Shown: positions 62,367 to 64,000 of the stretch, one piece after another
Numbering within the stretch: position 1 is the first letter of the stretch
Layout: the number at the start of each line of letters is the position of its first letter
Assembly: GCA_963816355.1 (NCBI GenBank)
Contig: CAWFKH010000003.1
Span: forward strand, 1,088,001-1,152,000
Reading direction: 5' to 3'
DNA: 64,000 nucleotides
From: an uncultured Gemmatimonadales bacterium
GTDB lineage: Bacteria; Gemmatimonadota; Gemmatimonadetes; Longimicrobiales; RSA9
The notes under the pieces: generated by a model
Seen by the model: only the letters and a program-made list of their open reading frames with translations
What the model was told of the DNA's origin: nothing
Databases searched by the model: none
Translations under genes and position numbers: made by a program

Positions 62367-62617
62367 CCGCCGGCCACCGGCGGCAGCAGAGCCACCTCGT
62401 CGCCGTCGGCGAGCGCGTGAGCGAGCGAAGCGTACTCCTGGTTGACGGCGAGGACGGGCTCCGGCGGCAGCGCGGCGAGACGTCCCCCGTCGCGGCGGAG
62501 CCGGGCGACGAGGTCGGCGCCGGTGGCGCCGGCGGGAAGCGTCACGTCGCCCTCGGCCGTGCCGGCGAGGTCGCGGTAGTGGGCGAAGAAGAGGAGTCGG
62601 ACGCGGATCTCGTTCAT
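62363..62617 (-). CDS. moaD: Molybdopterin synthase sulfur carrier subunit
   Basis: LFFA..RDLAG, AVNQEY, DGDEVALLPPVAGG. Confidence 0.94.
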   Translation of the reverse strand: MNEIRVRLLFFAHYRDLAGTAEGDVTLPAGATGADLVARLRRDGGRLAALPPEPVLAVNQEYASLAHALADGDEVALLPPVAGG

Positions 62618-62623
62618 CGATGA

Positions 62624-62652
62624 ATGATGGACGAACCGCATGGCGGCGGCAA
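62624..62652 (-). promoter_or_regulatory. Probable promoter for leaderless moaD
   Basis: TTGCCG-N17-CATCAT, 6 nt before the ATG at 62617. Confidence 0.5.
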
Positions 62653-62654
62653 CC

Positions 62655-63143
62655 TCAGGGGCGCGGCGGGCGGCCCTGCCGCAGGCGCATCACGCGGTCG
62701 TTAAAGCGAGCGCGCATGGCGAGGAACGCCGCGCGCTGGCGGGGCGAGAGGAGCGACCTCAGCTCGGCGTTCTCGTCGATCCAGATGCGCAGCTCCCGGC
62801 GACGCACATCGTCGACGCGGTCGAGCAGCCGCGAAAACTCCTCGTCCGTGGTACCGGGCGACTGCAGCGCGGCAGCGAGATCACGCCGGACCGCGAAGGA
62901 GGCGCGCGCGAGGTCGCGGCGGCGCGTCGCCGTGGTCTGGACGACCTGGCGAAGGCGCGCCTCGCGGGCACCATCGAGGCCGAGGTTGCGGGCGGCGGCG
63001 CCGACGAAGCGATCGAGCACCTGTGCCTCGAGCTGCTGCTGCCGCGGCCGCATCATCTGCGGCTGCTGTGCCGCGGCGGCGGCGGCGCCGCTGGCGGCCA
63101 GTGCGAAGAGGAGCGAGCCGGCGACGACGCGGGCGGTCCTCAT
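62655..63143 (-). CDS. Spy/CpxP-like periplasmic helical protein
   Basis: Signal peptide; LGL.......L and LLSPRQRA (LTxxQ-like) motifs; follows the anti-sigma gene. Confidence 0.6.
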   Translation of the reverse strand: MRTARVVAGSLLFALAASGAAAAAAQQPQMMRPRQQQLEAQVLDRFVGAAARNLGLDGAREARLRQVVQTTATRRRDLARASFAVRRDLAAALQSPGTTDEEFSRLLDRVDDVRRRELRIWIDENAELRSLLSPRQRAAFLAMRARFNDRVMRLRQGRPPRP

Positions 63144-63694
63144 GACTCGATCTCCGTCAGGAGCCTCTCGAGCTGGGCATCGGAGAGGTCGTCGAGGACG
63201 GCGGCGCCCGCCACGATCCCGCGCGACGCGGGCCACTCCGGCAGCGGCGCGGCCGCCGCCGCGTCGCCGGAGGCGAGACCGCCATCGGCGCCGACGATGT
63301 CCCCGGTCCCGGCCGTGCTCCGCCACACGACCACGCCGGCGAGTGCGGCCGCCGCGAGAGATGCGGGCAGGCCCCAGCGTCGAAGCCCGCGCCACGCACC
63401 GGCTCGCGGGACGCGCCGCGCGGACTTCGCGCCGGGCACGACCTCCAGGCGCGGGCAGACCGCCGGCCGCGCGCCGCGCAGCTCCGCCTCGAGTGCCGCG
63501 CGAACGCGGGTCGCGAGCGCGGCCGTCACCGCCGGCGCCCCCGCCTCCAGCGCGGCGACGATCTCCGCTTCGGCCCGGCAGCTCTCGCATGCTTCGAGGT
63601 GCCGCCGCAGGGCGCCGTCGACGCCGGCGTCGAGCCGCCCCGCCTCCGCATCCGGCAACAGGTCCCGCACCGCCTCGCACTCGATCGATCTCAT
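63140..63694 (-). CDS. Zinc-binding anti-sigma factor (zf-HC2) with one TM helix
   Basis: C..VRDLL...HLEACESC (HxxxCxxC); TM WGLPASLAAAALAGVVVW. Confidence 0.8.
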   Translation of the reverse strand: MRSIECEAVRDLLPDAEAGRLDAGVDGALRRHLEACESCRAEAEIVAALEAGAPAVTAALATRVRAALEAELRGARPAVCPRLEVVPGAKSARRVPRAGAWRGLRRWGLPASLAAAALAGVVVWRSTAGTGDIVGADGGLASGDAAAAAPLPEWPASRGIVAGAAVLDDLSDAQLERLLTEIES

Positions 63695-64000
63695 TGCAAC
63701 AGCTCCCGGAGCCGCCTCATGCCGTGGTGATAGTTCACGCGCGCCGCCACTTCACTGCAGCCGAGCACGGCGCCGATTTCGCGGTGGGTCAGTCCCTGGT
63801 AGATCCGCAGCGACACCGCCAGTCTCTGCTTCTCCGGCAGCGCGTCGAGCGCCACCGTCGCGCGCCGCACCTCGGCTGCCATCACCGCCGTCGTCGCGGG
63901 ATCGGCGGCGCCGTCGGGCAGCGACTCGGCCGGATCGAGGCCTCGCTCCCGCCGCCGGCCGGAGCGCCGCAGCGCGCTCTTCGCCGCGTTCGCCGCGATG
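63691..64000 (-). CDS. ECF sigma factor, C-terminal part (truncated by window end)
   Basis: Frame stays open to the edge: IAANAAKSALRR (region 2) and ALDALPEKQR.AV.LR...GLTHREIG..LG.....ARVNYHHG..RLR (region 4). Confidence 0.85.
   Translation of the reverse strand, partial: IAANAAKSALRRSGRRRERGLDPAESLPDGAADPATTAVMAAEVRRATVALDALPEKQRLAVSLRIYQGLTHREIGAVLGCSEVAARVNYHHGMRRLRELLQ

Overview
Very GC-rich bacterial core-genome window, almost entirely coding and mostly on the minus strand. Gene content and order suggest a diderm, menaquinone-using organism, most plausibly Gemmatimonadota (FCB-related); this is inference from synteny and protein style, not a database search. Contents, left to right: a + strand glycosylation cluster (GT4, methyltransferase, GT4, YfhO-like GT-C protein, LPG-synthase-TM flippase-like protein); kdsB-pyrG-kdsA-kdsC-kdsD-lptC-long lptA (one apparent frameshift)-lptB (about 150 aa N-terminal extension)-rpoN-GT2; trpG/pabA coupled to an Omp85-like barrel gene; yceD-rpmF-plsX-fabH-fabD-fabG-acpP-fabF-mqnE-mqnC-ispF-dedA-xerD; carbamate kinase-sucC-sucD-(PTS EIIA+CBS fusion)-ndk; nuoA-N-PMM/PGM-UPF0182; dcd; mdh-sdhCAB; a second Omp85-like gene plus DUF309; moaDEA; and an ECF sigma/anti-sigma/Spy-like triad cut by the window end. 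I saw no rRNA, tRNA, CRISPR array or mobile element. Best leads: (1) dense D-(S/T)-(A/I/L/V/T) sequon arrays in exported proteins next to a GT-C/GT2/flippase/methyltransferase locus, suggesting a Bacteroidota-like protein O-glycosylation system; (2) an operon joining NTP-producing enzymes with an EIIA-CBS fusion; (3) a Rex-type operator ahead of nuoA; (4) several apparently leaderless transcripts and mini-ORFs; (5) local G/C skew inversions centred on promoters.
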